In this document: piece after piece, positions 28,105 to 41,630 of the stretch
Position numbering within the stretch: position 1 is the stretch's first letter
How the letters are laid out: each line of letters opens with the position of its first letter
Source: Mytilus edulis
Taxonomy: Eukaryota
Assembly (NCBI RefSeq): GCF_963676685.1
Contig: NC_092351.1
Span: 89,652,001-89,716,000, forward strand
Direction of reading: 5' to 3'
DNA: 64,000 nucleotides
Position numbers and translations under genes: made by a program
Notes under the pieces: generated by a model
What the model was told of the DNA's origin: nothing
Seen by the model: the letters and a program-made list of their open reading frames with translations, nothing else
Database searches by the model: none

Positions 28105-30140
28105 GTAAGTATTGTAATGGTATGACATATATATTTATAATAAGTATTTGCATTCCATGTTATGTCTTGGATTTTTTCTAAGGCTCGTGTTCTTTCTCTA
28201 AACGGCATTTACACTAAAGGGCATACCAACAACTAATGTTATATATTCGTCAGTATTAGATTTTAGGCTTACAAACTCTTAGAACTATTTTGAAATATTG
28301 AAACCAACAATGATTATATTTTGTTATAAGAAAACTGTGTGATTTACTTCTTTCGTAAGTACATACATAAACATAACATCAATGTGCTTGGTAAATGAAA
28401 GCAAAAGTGGTTCACAAATCTTTTTAGATTTCTTAGATCATTGAAGCACCAAAACAAGATAACAAACAAAAATGAAAGAATTGTAAAATAGATGTCATTG
28501 ATTTTTCCCTTCAACTTAATCAGAAAATAATTATGATTCATGTTATGTCGTGGACCTTTTTTCGGAATCCAAACGGAATATTATCTAAAATTAGTTTACA
28601 AACTAGAAAGCTTTTGTTTATAATTTGAAAGTGTCAATCCAACAACTCCAGAGAACTTCTAAGAATACGAATACATCCATGTTTGAATAATGTTTGTGTC
28701 TGCATATATGGTTACTACTGAAACTTCTAGAACACCGTAGAAGTTTGAATTTCTTACCGTAGATTGTGATAGTTTTTGAAACATTTTGCAAGTCAAATAC
28801 AAGGTTCTGAACATTCCATCCGTATCAACGATTGATCAACTGATTTGTAAATAGTTTGTGTAAACAAATATGAATAATGAACAATCCAATCAAGTAAATA
28901 ACTTATTGGACCACATACAACAAATTAGGTGAAGATAAATTACAATTACAATGTCATAACACTACCAAATTTCAGGAAGGCAAAACGCATGACGCTTAAC
29001 TGCATCAAATTTTCAATTGAAAAAGAGAACAATCGATGAGAGTGATTAATACAAATTTTAGATAAAACAACGTGGTATGATTGACAATTGGACAACTGTC
29101 CACAAGATATCAGACTAAGTAAATGCATACAACTATAGGTCAATGAGCAATGTTTACATGATATGATTTTAACACTTGTTTGAAAAACAAACATCAAATG
29201 TTGCTAAGGTTGTGCAGTACACTAATTAGTATTTTTCACTTAAATCTGTTGATGATGTGCGACTCTCAAAAATAGGTTTCTATATGTCTAAATCTTTATC
29301 ACACTCAGGTTCAAAGTTCAACATACAAACAAAATAAATCGCCATTAATCGATTCATGTGTCCATCAACATTATTTGTCACTAATCAATGCTTTTGTGTG
29401 ATCTCATTCGACTTGATCAATTTTGCATTTAGTGGTTTGTTTTCTTTGAATCACCACACTTTGTTTCACCTCTGTGTAACAAGAAAAGGTATTTTCATTA
29501 CAATTCTGCAATAAATACAGTCACAGGACAGCCTTGTGGCCATATATCTTAATGATTCTTTTTTTTTCTGTTTATGCTTTTCAACTTTGTGTTAAAATAA
29601 GTCATGTAAATTGTTATTTGAGCTCCACGTGCTCCACTTGGCATGCGTAACAAATTGATGAAGTACGTCGGGTATCTTTGATGAGTTTTGCAGTCCTGAT
29701 ATTATTATTAAGTGTTATCGTGATTTACCAGGCAACAATTTGAATACTTAACGAAATCTTCTTTTCAATAATTCTGTTTTTGGTTCTGAATTACTGGTAT
29801 ATTTGTATCAAATAAACAGTGACGGATGGTAAATGTCGAAATGTAGATCAAGTGCAGTAAATACAAATGAGACAAAATAAATAAAATTTCCGTTGTGATA
29901 GTTACTAAGACTGCTTCAGATTAAAATGTATGGTTTATAGACAGCGGAATACTAGATATTATGTACATATTTTTCATTATCTAGTGTATCAGAAATCTAA
30001 CAATCAATTAGCAATGAAAAATTCAGAAAGTTTTTAGTAAACAAAAGTTAAAGTTAATAGACTGGTCCTTCTTCTTTTTTAATATAGAGTTTATTCGTTA
30101 AATTATAAACTCATTTATTATGTCTTATTATCTTCTAAAG

Positions 30141-30152
30141 AGGTCAATACAT
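30141..30152 (+). pseudogene. Decayed 12-nt microexon, cassette B (donor GT changed to GA)
   Basis: tcttctaaag|AGGTCAATACAT|gaaagt; counterpart of exon 8874. Confidence 0.7.
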
Positions 30153-30395
30153 GAAAGTTTTGTTATGGTATGACATATATTTATAATAAGTATTTGCATT
30201 TCATGTTATGTCTTGGACCTTTCTAACGCCCGTGGCCTTCCTCTAAACGGCATTTACACTAAAGGGCATACGAACAACTTATGTTATATATTCGTCAGTA
30301 ATAGATTTTAGGGCATACCATCAACTTGTGTTAATAAAATATTTCAGGCTGACAAACAGTTTGAACTATTTTGAAATATTGAAACAAACAATGAT

Positions 30396-30460
30396 AAAAT
30401 TGAGAATGGAAATGGGGAATGTGTCAAAGAGACAACAACCCGACCATAGAGCAGACAACA
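30396..30460 (+). mobile_element. Short dispersed repeat (aaattgagaatggaaatggggaatgtgtcaaagagacaacaacccgacc)
   Basis: Same motif at about 59477 and 32857; absent from the paralogous intron near 9088, so it is an insertion. Confidence 0.7.
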
Positions 30461-30850
30461 TGACAAATGATACTTATTTGTTTTAACAAAACTGTTTTAT
30501 TTACGTCTTTTGTAGAATATCAAACATATTGGCCTTTTGAATAATAGCAAATTTGTTCATCAATCTTAATTTTTTTAGATCATTGAAGCACCAAATGAAA
30601 ATAGCAAGCAAAATATATAACTTAATCAGTGAATAATAAACATATAATAGTAGATTCAGGAAACACAAAATATTTGTTTGAAATGCTGATGTTTTCTTCC
30701 TTTGGTGTCTTTCATCAAACCGTTATATATATATATACATATTTGTATCTTGCAATATAGTTTGCTTTTAAAAGACACAAAAAACATTGCACATGTATAT
30801 TAGTATCAGTGCAGTATACTTATATGAGTTAATCATTTTTTCATTTTCAG

Positions 30851-30868
30851 TGATTGTGAGACTTGTGG
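30851..30868 (+). CDS. 18-nt phase-2 microexon (D-C-E-T-C-G), cassette B
   Basis: ttttttcattttcag|TGATTGTGAGACTTGTGG|gtaagt. Confidence 0.8.
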
Positions 30869-33254
30869 GTAAGTTTTTGTTGCTCCTTTGTTCTTTTTTT
30901 GAAGATGTAGAATGATAAACTTTAATTGAAAATATAACTAAATCGTATGAGTTTAAAACGTATCACAATATACTGGACACCTAAGAACATTATAAAAGAG
31001 GAAGTCCATACAAACCGACAACATAAAACTATCAATCAACGGAACAAGTGAAAAACAATACAATTATCTTGATTTGGTGCAGGTATTTTTAAAAGAAAAT
31101 AGTGGGCTATAGCTGGTTTTACAGCTAGTTAAAGTCGTGATACATCAACCTTTTAAAATATTTTAACTAGATATTCTATTAACATAAAGGCTGCTTTTTT
31201 CAACAGAATAAACATTGAAAACATATAAATGTGCTGAAGCAAAGGAAAACAAAGGATCTTTCTACATAACATAAACACTGGTCTGGTGTTGTACAGAAAT
31301 CGTAACAGATTTAATGGGATTCAAAATTAAAGACAAATATAAACATGATAAAACAAGAGTTGCAATATGAACAGAAAAAAAAATAATTCAAAGTAGAAAC
31401 CCAATTGGATCAATTGGATCAACAGCACTGCCCCTTGTAAGAAATGAAAGCACATTTAAGGATATTTTGTTATTCATTTAACGAAGATTTTTTTGGTGTT
31501 TTGCAACTAATATCAACAAAAAAAGGTTAACAAATTATTAGTACTATGTAAGAACATTGATATATGACTTTTGGAAAATGTATATAATGTACGTTCGCAA
31601 CGAAACATTTGGAGAACTTGGTATATATTCCGGTAGAAAACATTTATAATATATTGGCATTTAAAGTATAATCATGTATAGCCGAACCATCAATGGTATA
31701 CCTTAACCTGGGAGATTTTTTTTATTTTGGTTTCATAACTATCGCATATCTTACTACAAACTCGTTAAAAGAGAACCTAAAGATACCAAAGTGTATTTAA
31801 ACCTATAAATAAGCAATTGACCACGCATTAGCAATAAGAAGAGAATAGAAAATGATAACAAATACAAACAACAGTTTACAAAACATCGAAGTTAAAAGAC
31901 TGAACTACATGAGCCCCTTCCGGTAGTCTATGGTACTTTGAACAGTTGATCAGATTCTGTTCCACATGTGCCAATGAGTGGTCGAAAAAAAACAACAAAA
32001 AAACAAACAAACAAACAAACTCCCAATTAGAGTCATTTCAGATCCAACCATTACATTCCGTTACATCTATTGCTATATATATGAATATCTTGTCGTACGA
32101 TCTGTAAACGACGTTCTCTATCGTGAACATTCTGGTACATTTCCTATGTCACAATGCTTATGTTATTTCATCACAGTAAGTACCTATTGTTCAATGACAT
32201 TTTCTATGCAGAATAATAGCAGGTCCACCTTTGTAAAAAAAAACATAATATCGAACTCCGAGGAAAATTCAAAACGAAAAGTCCGTAACGAAATAACAAA
32301 ATCAAAAGCTTAAACATATCAAACAAATGGATAACAACAGTCATAATCCTGACTTTGTACAGGCATTTTCGTAAGTATTTAAAAGTGAATTAAACCTAGT
32401 ATCTTTTTATGTTGTTATGTTACACTACTGTTAAAAGTTAAAGGAAGGTTAGCGCCTGTTAAAACGTAAAACACACTGAGATTTTCCAAGTCAGAAGCCT
32501 GTTGTTCAGTCGTCAGTTATTGGTATTTATATGAGTTTCCCGTTTCCTTTTTTTTTTATATAAAGTACACCGTTGGTTTTCCTGTTGAATAGTTTACACT
32601 AGTCATGTTGGGGTATTTTATAGTTTGCTTTTGATGTGAACCAATGCTCCGTGTTAAAAGCCGTACTTTGACCTATAATTGTTAACTTTTTGATGTGGAT
32701 GTGTACTATATATCCCGTCAATGTGCTTTTTTAGCTATGGTAATACTTTTGTATTCTTGACTTTAATCTTTGCTAATTTGCTATTTCTATATGCCACAAT
32801 GTTGACTGTTGACTGTTGTACCACATTTTTTGACATTTTTTCCTATTGTGTATGACATTGAGAATGTAGATGGGGAATATATTAAGGAGACGACAACCCG
32901 ACCAAAGAGCAGACAATAGTCGGAGACTACCAACGGTATGCTCATTTTGCATGTATGCTTGTTTTGTTCACACATCATTGTCTATATAACGGAATTTAAC
33001 GCGACTGTCATACAAGCGTAAGTATTAGAAAATACTGTACCAAGTCAGGAATATGACAGTTGTTATCCATTCGTTTAATGTGTAAGAGCTTCTGATTTTG
33101 CCATTTGATTACAAAATTTCAGTTTGAATTTTCCTCGAGTTAAGTATTTTTGTTATTTGACCTATTATGCTTTGTGAACTGGATGGAGAGTTGTTTCATT
33201 GACATCAATACAACATATTTCTTTTTAAATTTTTCTATACTTTTATAATTTTAG

Positions 33255-33291
33255 ATTCGTTCAGCTCCATGAAATGATTGGTGAACTGTAA
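33255..33291 (+). CDS. Terminal coding exon, cassette B (G-F-V-Q-L-H-E-M-I-G-E-L-stop)
   Basis: ttttataattttag|A TTC GTT CAG CTC CAT GAA ATG ATT GGT GAA CTG TAA tacagaatg; homologous to exon 12277. Confidence 0.75.
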
Positions 33292-34337
33292 TACAGAATG
33301 ATAATTATAAATATTTGACAAGATATCACAGTTATCTATATATTGTATTATCGCCTTGTTTGTATTACATTTTGTATTTTAAAGTACTGAAGCATTGAGA
33401 TCACAAAAGAGAAATGAATGTCGAAATGACCGTCAGATGTAGTACAATTTGTAATGTTTATAGTATTACTTTATTTTGTATGAAACTGTTATTCAATGTT
33501 ATGCATATCCTGATTTAAAAGATATATACATGTATCATACAAGATTTTATACTTTCAACATTTTCTTCAAATATAATCTTCAACATCAAAGGATAGTGTC
33601 TTTATCATAAGGCAATATTCTACAACGTGAATTTCACTATGAGCTTTACCCTCAGATGTATTTCGCTTATAGTTTTGTTTGGTTGTCTACTTTACGTACA
33701 CTATAGAATAGGGTCTTTGATAATGGCATACACAATTATTCGAAAATGGCATTATTGACCAAATGTATTTTTGTTTGTTATAATATACATTTTTTTAATA
33801 AGAAAAAGAGGAAATTTACTTAAATATTCTATTTCAAGCACGTGTGTCAATTCCCAAAACATGTAAACGATTTGTTTACCAGGCATACTACCAAATAAAT
33901 AACGTAAACTTTTCTAATACTCTTTTGTCACTGGAAACCTATCTCTAGTTTACACAGAACAAAACAGAAAAATACAGCATGATATACATATACATTTTAA
34001 GAAATTATGTGGTGTATTCACTTTGATATGATATAATTACTAAGTTGATTTAAATATTCACATTGCAACTATCACCTAATTTCACTTGACTGCGCGGTGT
34101 TTAAGAAGTTCGCGTATTTAAGACCAGTCCATCTATAGACAGGAGTTTTTGGATAAACTTATTTATGAAGTGTCCAGTTATTCCTTCCATAACATACACT
34201 CAGTTCTTTTGTATATACGTTTGGTGACACTGATAGGTGATTATAATTCAACTATAATTATAACGGCGTCATCCTTATCACACACATCTTCAAATAGAAT
34301 GACCTTATGCAAATTAAAACATAAGCTCCGCCCGATT

Positions 34338-36636
34338 AGTTGAACTAACATTGGCAACAAATAAATATAAATTCAAACTAGTATAAATAATGATATATAT
34401 GTATAGGTTTAAATGATAAATCCACTTTTTCTGTTTGTTTAAACTTGTTTTTTGTATTGTTTTATTTTCAAACCAAGCTCTTTAATGAGCAACATTAATG
34501 ACTTGTTTGTTATTTATAAAGTAAGATCACAAATATACTGACTAAGACGAAAATCAATTCGGAAAGTCCATAATCACATGGCAAAATCAAATATATATCA
34601 ACACGCATCAAAAACGAATGGACAAGAACTGTCATATTCCTGACTTGGTACAGGCATTTTTAAATGTAGAAAATGGATGTCTGTTTAAGAGGGATTGTTT
34701 TCTTCATTTATTCCTCTCCTATTTTTTTGGAAACATATGCATATGCAATTCTGTGTTTAAAACAGTCAAAACAGTATATATAACATGTGACAGTGATATG
34801 TTAATATTGTGTTGTAAATTGATTTCCCATATACGTAGATACTTAATAAACATTAATATAAATAAACATCTTTGCCGTTTCTGTATTTTGAATCTACAAA
34901 CAATATGTATAAGAGAGGGGCGAAAAATGCCAAAGAGACATTCGAATTCATCAGTCGGAAATAAACTGACAACGCCATGGCTAAAAAAGAAAAAGTCAAA
35001 CAGTCAAAAATTATATTCAAAACACGATAGAAAACTTCAGATTGAGCAACAGGAACACTACCAAAACCTGGGAGTTATATCATGTGACCCATAAGGGTAA
35101 GCAGATCCTGCTCCAGATGTGACATTGTCGTGTTGTTAACGTTAGTATTAACCCGTTATAAGTGTAGTTACGACATAAGGAATATATCCGCTGTTATCTG
35201 TGAAACGGATATTCTGTAACGGTCAAACAACTCGTGATAGCATCCGTAGACGAAGATATGATTTCAACTTCACCAATTGAAACTCTTGGTGTAGTAGCTT
35301 CCTTGTCTGCAGCAACCCTATATCAAGGATAGGAAGTACAAGCCACGGAGTATCGTATCAACTGGGAGTTATATACTCTGAAAGCGGTATCCGTTGGAAT
35401 GTTACTGCATAATTTTTTTTTTATCTCAATTGGAAAACTGAAATCATATTTCATTTAAAGCAAGTAATAATAAAAAGTTGAAACACCTGTATCTTAAAGT
35501 ACACCAGATTCAGTTGAACTACCATTGGTAATAGATATATATAAATTCAAACTAGTATAAATAGAGATATATATGTATAGGTTTAAACTTATATAAAATC
35601 CACTTTTTCTGTTTGTTTAAACTTGCTTCTGGTGTTGTTGTTTTTTTAAACCAAGCTCTTTAATGTGCAACATTAATGACTTGTTTGTTATTTAAAAAGT
35701 AAGATAAAAAAAAATACTGAACTTAGAAGAAAATCAATTTGGAAAGTCCATAATCACATGGCAAAATCAAATATATAACAAAACGCATCAAAAACGATGT
35801 CTGTTTCAGAGGAATTGTTTTCTTCATTTATTCCTCTCCTATTTTTTGGAAGCATATGCATATGCAATTCTGTGTTTAAAACAATCAAAACAGTATATAT
35901 AACATGTGACAGTGATATTTTATTATTGTGTTATAAATTGATTTCCCATATACGTAGATACTTAATAAGCATTACCATAGATAAACATATGTGCCTTTTC
36001 TGTATTTTGAATCCACAAACAATATGTATAAGAGAGGAGCGAAAAATACCAAAGAGACATTCAAATTCATAAATCGGAAATAAACTGACAACGCCAGTGG
36101 CTAAAAAAGAAAAAGTCAAAAAGTCAAAACTTATATTCAAAACACGATACAAAACTTCAGATTGATCAACAGGAACACTACCAAAACCTGGGAGTTATAT
36201 CATGTGACCCATAAGGGTAGGCAGATCCTGCTCCACATGTGGCACTGTCGTGTTGTTAACGTTAGTATTAACCCGTTATATGTGTAATTACGACATAAGG
36301 AATATATCCGCTATTATCTGCGAAACGGATATTCTGTAACAGTCAAACAACTCGTGATAGCATCCGTAAAATTTACGAAGATATGATTTCAACTTCACCA
36401 ATTGAATCTCTTGGTGTATTAGCTTCCCTGTTTTTAGCAACCCTATATCAAGGATAGGAAGTACAAGCCATGGAGTATCGTATCAACTGGGAGTTATATA
36501 CTCCGAAAGCAGTATCCGTTGGAATGTTACTGCATAATTTTTTTTTTATCTCAATTGGAAAACTGAAATCATATTTCATTTAAAGCAAGGTAATAATAAA
36601 AAGTTGAAACACTTGTATCTTAAAGTACACCAGATA
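34338..36636 (+). repeat. Tandem duplication of about 1.15 kb (34338-35511 and 35512-36636) made of TE fragments
   Basis: Both copies start agttgaacta.cattgg and end tcttaaagtacaccagat. Confidence 0.9.
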
Positions 36637-39600
36637 ATGATTATGATGGATGGCTGTTTAATGCCGAGCAGCAAATTAAATGCATATTCAAAAGAAGAAC
36701 ATGCAAATGTGATATAAATAATAACCCTGATTTGTACTTGACCCACACGTTTAGCGTGTTTTTTAACATGTTAGATCACAATGCAGCAGTCAGCACGAGG
36801 ACATGTCACCCATCAGTACACATGACTGTGACTTAGAGTCAATAAATATTTGCTTTTACTTTTTTATACTAATTTTGAAGTATGTTGGTTGGCCGGGCCC
36901 CACTCGGTATATGCAATTTCTGAGAAATGACAAAACCCCAGTAAAGTTATAATCTTCAAAAAGGATTGAGACACTTTGTAAATCCCGCACCATTCTGTTG
37001 ACTGTTAAATATCTCAGAATTATAAAATGAATATGATTCCTGAGCAATCATATGTATACTAAATAATTAGTGACAAATAATATAGCAAACACTATCCACG
37101 CCAACCACTAAATTGCAGGCTCCTTCTCTGATACAAGCGCATGAAAATATGGCTTAGTTAAACATACTGTGATTGACCTTGTTCAGTGGAGCATTCGGGC
37201 AAGATGAGATTATACTGTAAAACTAGTTTGTAAAGGATCAACAAGCTAGATAGGATCGAATCACATATCCCAAAAACCCTTAAAGACAAATAGTTGAGGC
37301 TTTAAGATCTCATAAAATTTATCGTTTATTGAACTAAAAATAAAACAAACAGACAAACGTATAAAATTGAATTTAAGGATGTACTTAGGTGAGGTTTTGG
37401 AAACAGTGTCAAATGTTCGGAATCGTTGGTGTTTTTCCATATGTACAAGGTAAAATATTTTGCCCCATGACACCTTTTTATCTCTTAACATAAGACTTAA
37501 AAGTTCATAAGAGGTCATTTGACAAAATTTAAGCAAATTCTTGATTTCTTTCTTTTGATTTAAAACCCAATTATAGTAATGACACAAACAATTATGGGGT
37601 ATTCATCCATGACACAAAATAAGTATATGCAAGGCAAAACAAAATATGTTAACAAAATAGTTTCTACGTATAGGTGTAAATATACAGTTACGTAGAATTT
37701 ATTATAGTATTTAAGGTATCAGAAGACAGGTGAAGAAATGTTGGTCTTGTAGAACACATATTGAATGATAATTATGAAACATACAAAAACGTATGAATTA
37801 TTTGTAAATTGAGGGCAGATATTGTCTGTTTTTTTCATATTTGAATTGCTTGGTTTTGTGTATCCAAAATTCCGATGGCCAGTACGGTCTGTTGTATAAA
37901 TAACGGAATATTGATCCCGTGTCCATAATATGTTTGGATGTTAAAACTTTTACGTGGAAAGGAATGAGGACCAAACGTAGGTATGTCTGTCTTCTTCAAG
38001 TTTTGAACACAAAACCCGAATCAAACACTCCAACCTCACTACACTTTTAGGACGTCCCTAGCACCAACTTCGGCGGAATTCTTTGTAAAGATAATTTGAA
38101 AAGACTTGTAAGATGTTACACCACCGGTCCGGTTAAAAGAAAAACATCAAAAGAAAAGGTTATTTTGTTTTCCTTTGTTATGTTTTTGTGTTTGTTTTTA
38201 TTAAAGCTGTTTTGTTTGTTTGCCTTGGGTTGGGATCAACGCCAACCTTGTTGTTCTGTTAATGGTTTTATTTATTGGTGTGTTTATTGTTATTCCTGTT
38301 GTGTAAGATCAGTTACTTCTTTATTCCAATCACTAATAACAAATATTAAACAACAGAAATGTGAAAATAAAATACTACTGAATATTACAATACTTACTAC
38401 GAGAACAATATCAATTAACAGAATTGACCACCATATAATTTTACACAAAACTTTCGTTGATATTTTACTGAAAATCGAAATATAATTACACACTTATATT
38501 TTCTGGAATATTTCAGAATAACTTTAAAAAAAAGATGTAGAGATAGCACAAAAAAGTACGTAAATTGTATTCCAATCATCAAAATCCAAACAACAAATGC
38601 ATAAATGTTCCCCAAAAATTGATATGTTGTTGATACATTTCACGTTTTGATTGTGTAAGACAACAATAGTGACACCGACTTTATCAAAACTCCTGTACTT
38701 GTTCTCTTTGGTTATGAGCGTTCTTGATGAAGGTAAATCCAAGAAAGGGGTTTCAGACGCATCAGATTGATATCTTATTGTTTTCTTTTTCATATATCTT
38801 GACGTTCGATATTTGTATTTTCTATAAGAATATAATGTCTGTGGAACGTTAAACATCATTTATCTCAACATAAAGAAACTGATTTTCATTTGTTCCCTGA
38901 TGAAGCAAAAATGTCTTTCTCGTCTGTAGATAGAATAATTGTTTTACATTTAATTCCGAATACAGATACCAACGCAATTTGAAACATGTGTTTAAAACCA
39001 ATCTGAAATTTGTAATTCTTAGATAAGTACCACTTTTTGAATAATTACTTAAGGTATTCTTGTAAAAAGGTTGTGTACATTAATTATGTTAGTGCTAAAA
39101 GTTTCAGGTTTGTAAACTTGTTGACAGCTTTTTAACGTTACATTGCTTGATTGTGCGCTAGTATATATACATTTCATAGTTTGAAGAGACCCATGTGATA
39201 CCGTCGAATTTAATGCTGAATGGAATAACCCTGACTGAAACGACAATGTATTGGTATCACATGGATATATAAAACACCTATTGCTATGTTTCATTTTAAT
39301 CATTCATTATTCAATTTGAAAAACAAATTTGATATATAATATCAGAAAAGATTTATTGACTTAATAAATGACTTATTCTGATTTTAGAAATATCTTATAC
39401 GTACTTTCTTTCTAAAAACGTCGCCACATATGTAGGTACGTATACATCTTTTAAGTTAATTTAATTTGTTTTGAGCACTCCTGATAACTGTAAAAATCAT
39501 TAATAGCGGATAAGGTGCAAACAAAGTAATGAAGTTTATTTTCATTTTCTAGTTCGATACTGCTGCTGATTTACTAGTTCCAAAGAGTATCATCAGCTCA

Positions 39601-41231
39601 TTATTTGCATACAAAGTAATGAGTGTTATTTTCATTTTCTAGTACAATACTGCTGCTGATTCACCAGTTCCAAAGAGTATCATCAGCTCAGTATTTGGTG
39701 CTTCGATACTGACTGACTGAACTGAGATACTTCTTTTACACTGGTCAGAATATATGAAACAACATAAATAATGTCACATAAACATCTACAGAAATATACG
39801 ACTAAAATAACGAGATCCAATTTGTTAGCCGGTATGACGTAAAAACGAAAAATTTAAAACTAAGAATTAGAAGTGAATTATTTAGATTAATTTGATACTT
39901 GTTTATTATGTACTAAAGAAAATGTTAGGTAAACATTTACACTTTAGTCTGGTTGTTGTATCTAGTACATATTGGCAGTTTCCATTCTCAATTTTTTAAA
40001 CAGACAGCAAAAAAAAAAAAAACTCAAAACCCATAAAATAGGTATTAAGAAAACAAACAACATATTTTTAAAAGTGTTGTAGGTTATCATTCACTGTTAT
40101 CAATTGTGACAATGACATTCATCATTATATGCATAATACTGATGTCAAAAGTTGGGACACAACTTATATCAGATTAAAGTTATAAAATAAATACTAAACA
40201 AGATAAATTTATTACGAGTAGAGATAATACACATATTTCATTGTCAGTCTATTCAGGTCAGTATATTTTCTTATGGTTTCCTAATTTTTTTTTAAATAAC
40301 TAAAACAATAAAAAACGACAATGCATATCGTGACACCACTACTGGAATCAAGATTGGTTTGTAATAGTTAATAATTTATAACAATTATTTTTTTAATTTA
40401 ATTTAATTTTCTAACGTTTAATGAAATCGAATAAAATTTAGCCACATAGTATGGCAAACGAAGAAATTCAGTGGAAAGTTGTTTGTTCTTCCGTCTGTTT
40501 TTTGTTCGGTTTCGTTGACATTTGCTCGACTTAGATTTTGTATAAATTTGGCGAAACATTTGTGCAGTATCTCCCCATCCCAAATCGAATCGTCCTTTTT
40601 ACAAATATATCAGAACGACTCTTCAACAATACTATTCACATTCTCTGAACACATCGATGAATAATAATTTATGCAATAAATTTCCAGCTAGTATTCTTCA
40701 GGATTACATTTGAAGGCCAACTATATAGACCGTCTTAAACGAAACGGGCAAAAAGAAGAACTTTGTCCGATGAAGAAAAATTATGAAATTGTATGAAATG
40801 GAAACTTTCAGATAATTTATTCCATTTTATTAATGTCAATACCAATTCAATACAAATAAATGCAATAATTTATTTACTTCTCACCTGAAGCATAACTCTA
40901 ACACAATCATAAAAGATAAAAAAAAATTATACATAAGTCAATCGGAACAGACTGATGAACAATGTCTATAACTGAAGAAAACATGTATATAATGTACAAA
41001 TAAGCCATTAATGATAAAAAGCATACAGCATGAGTATGATTTTATTTATAATATAAGACTTTTTCTGAGTCTTTTCAGAATAAAACTAAATTTTTTGGCA
41101 CATGTCTTTGGAAATATGTTGATTTCAAAATTAAAATACCATTTTCTATCAGTTTTTAAAACTATTAAAGACTTTTATAATTTCATGAAATTCAGCAAGA
41201 AAATTTTCTCTAAGATAATAATAAACAGTAC

Positions 41232-41630
41232 AATATGCTAAATTATAATCTTGGTACCTTTAATAACTTTTTACACCACTGGGTCGACGCCACTGCTGGT
41301 GGACGTTTTGTCCCCGAGGGTATCACCAGCCAAGTAGTTTACACTGCGGTGTAGACATGAATATCAATAATGTGGTCATTTTTATAAATGTTTCTGTTTA
41401 CAAAACTTGAATTTTTCGAAAAACTAAGAATTTTCTTATCCCATGCATAGATTATCTTTGTCGTATTTGGCAAAACATTTTTGGAATTTTGGATCCTCAA
41501 TGCTCTGCAACTTTGTACTTTTTTGGCTTGATCAATATTTTAATATCAGCGTCACTGATGAGTCTTATGTAGACAAAAAGAAAAACGCGTCTGGCGTACT
41601 AAATTATAATCCTGATACCTTTGATAACTA
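41232..41630 (+). mobile_element. Non-LTR retrozyme-like monomer (about 365 bp) with a degenerate hammerhead
   Basis: Direct repeats ctaaattataatc.tg.taccttt.ataac at both ends; CTGATGA-gtct(tatgt)agac at 41555-41574, then a disrupted GAAA and gcgtc|tggcgt. Confidence 0.7.

Larger units (their letters stand above)
16150..38071 (+). repeat. Cassette B: tandem duplicate of the 3' half of the gene (copy of about 275-14221), lacking a B-box exon
   Basis: Collinear homology: 16321~275, 18325~3119, 27105~5195, 30851~9472, 31140~11090, 37668-38071~13815-14221 (both end in gacgtccctagcaccaacttc). Confidence 0.9.

Noticed and set aside
34618-36072. Paired ORFs of 158 and 91 aa
   Set aside because: They lie in the 1.15-kb tandem duplication of TE fragments and show no coding signature.
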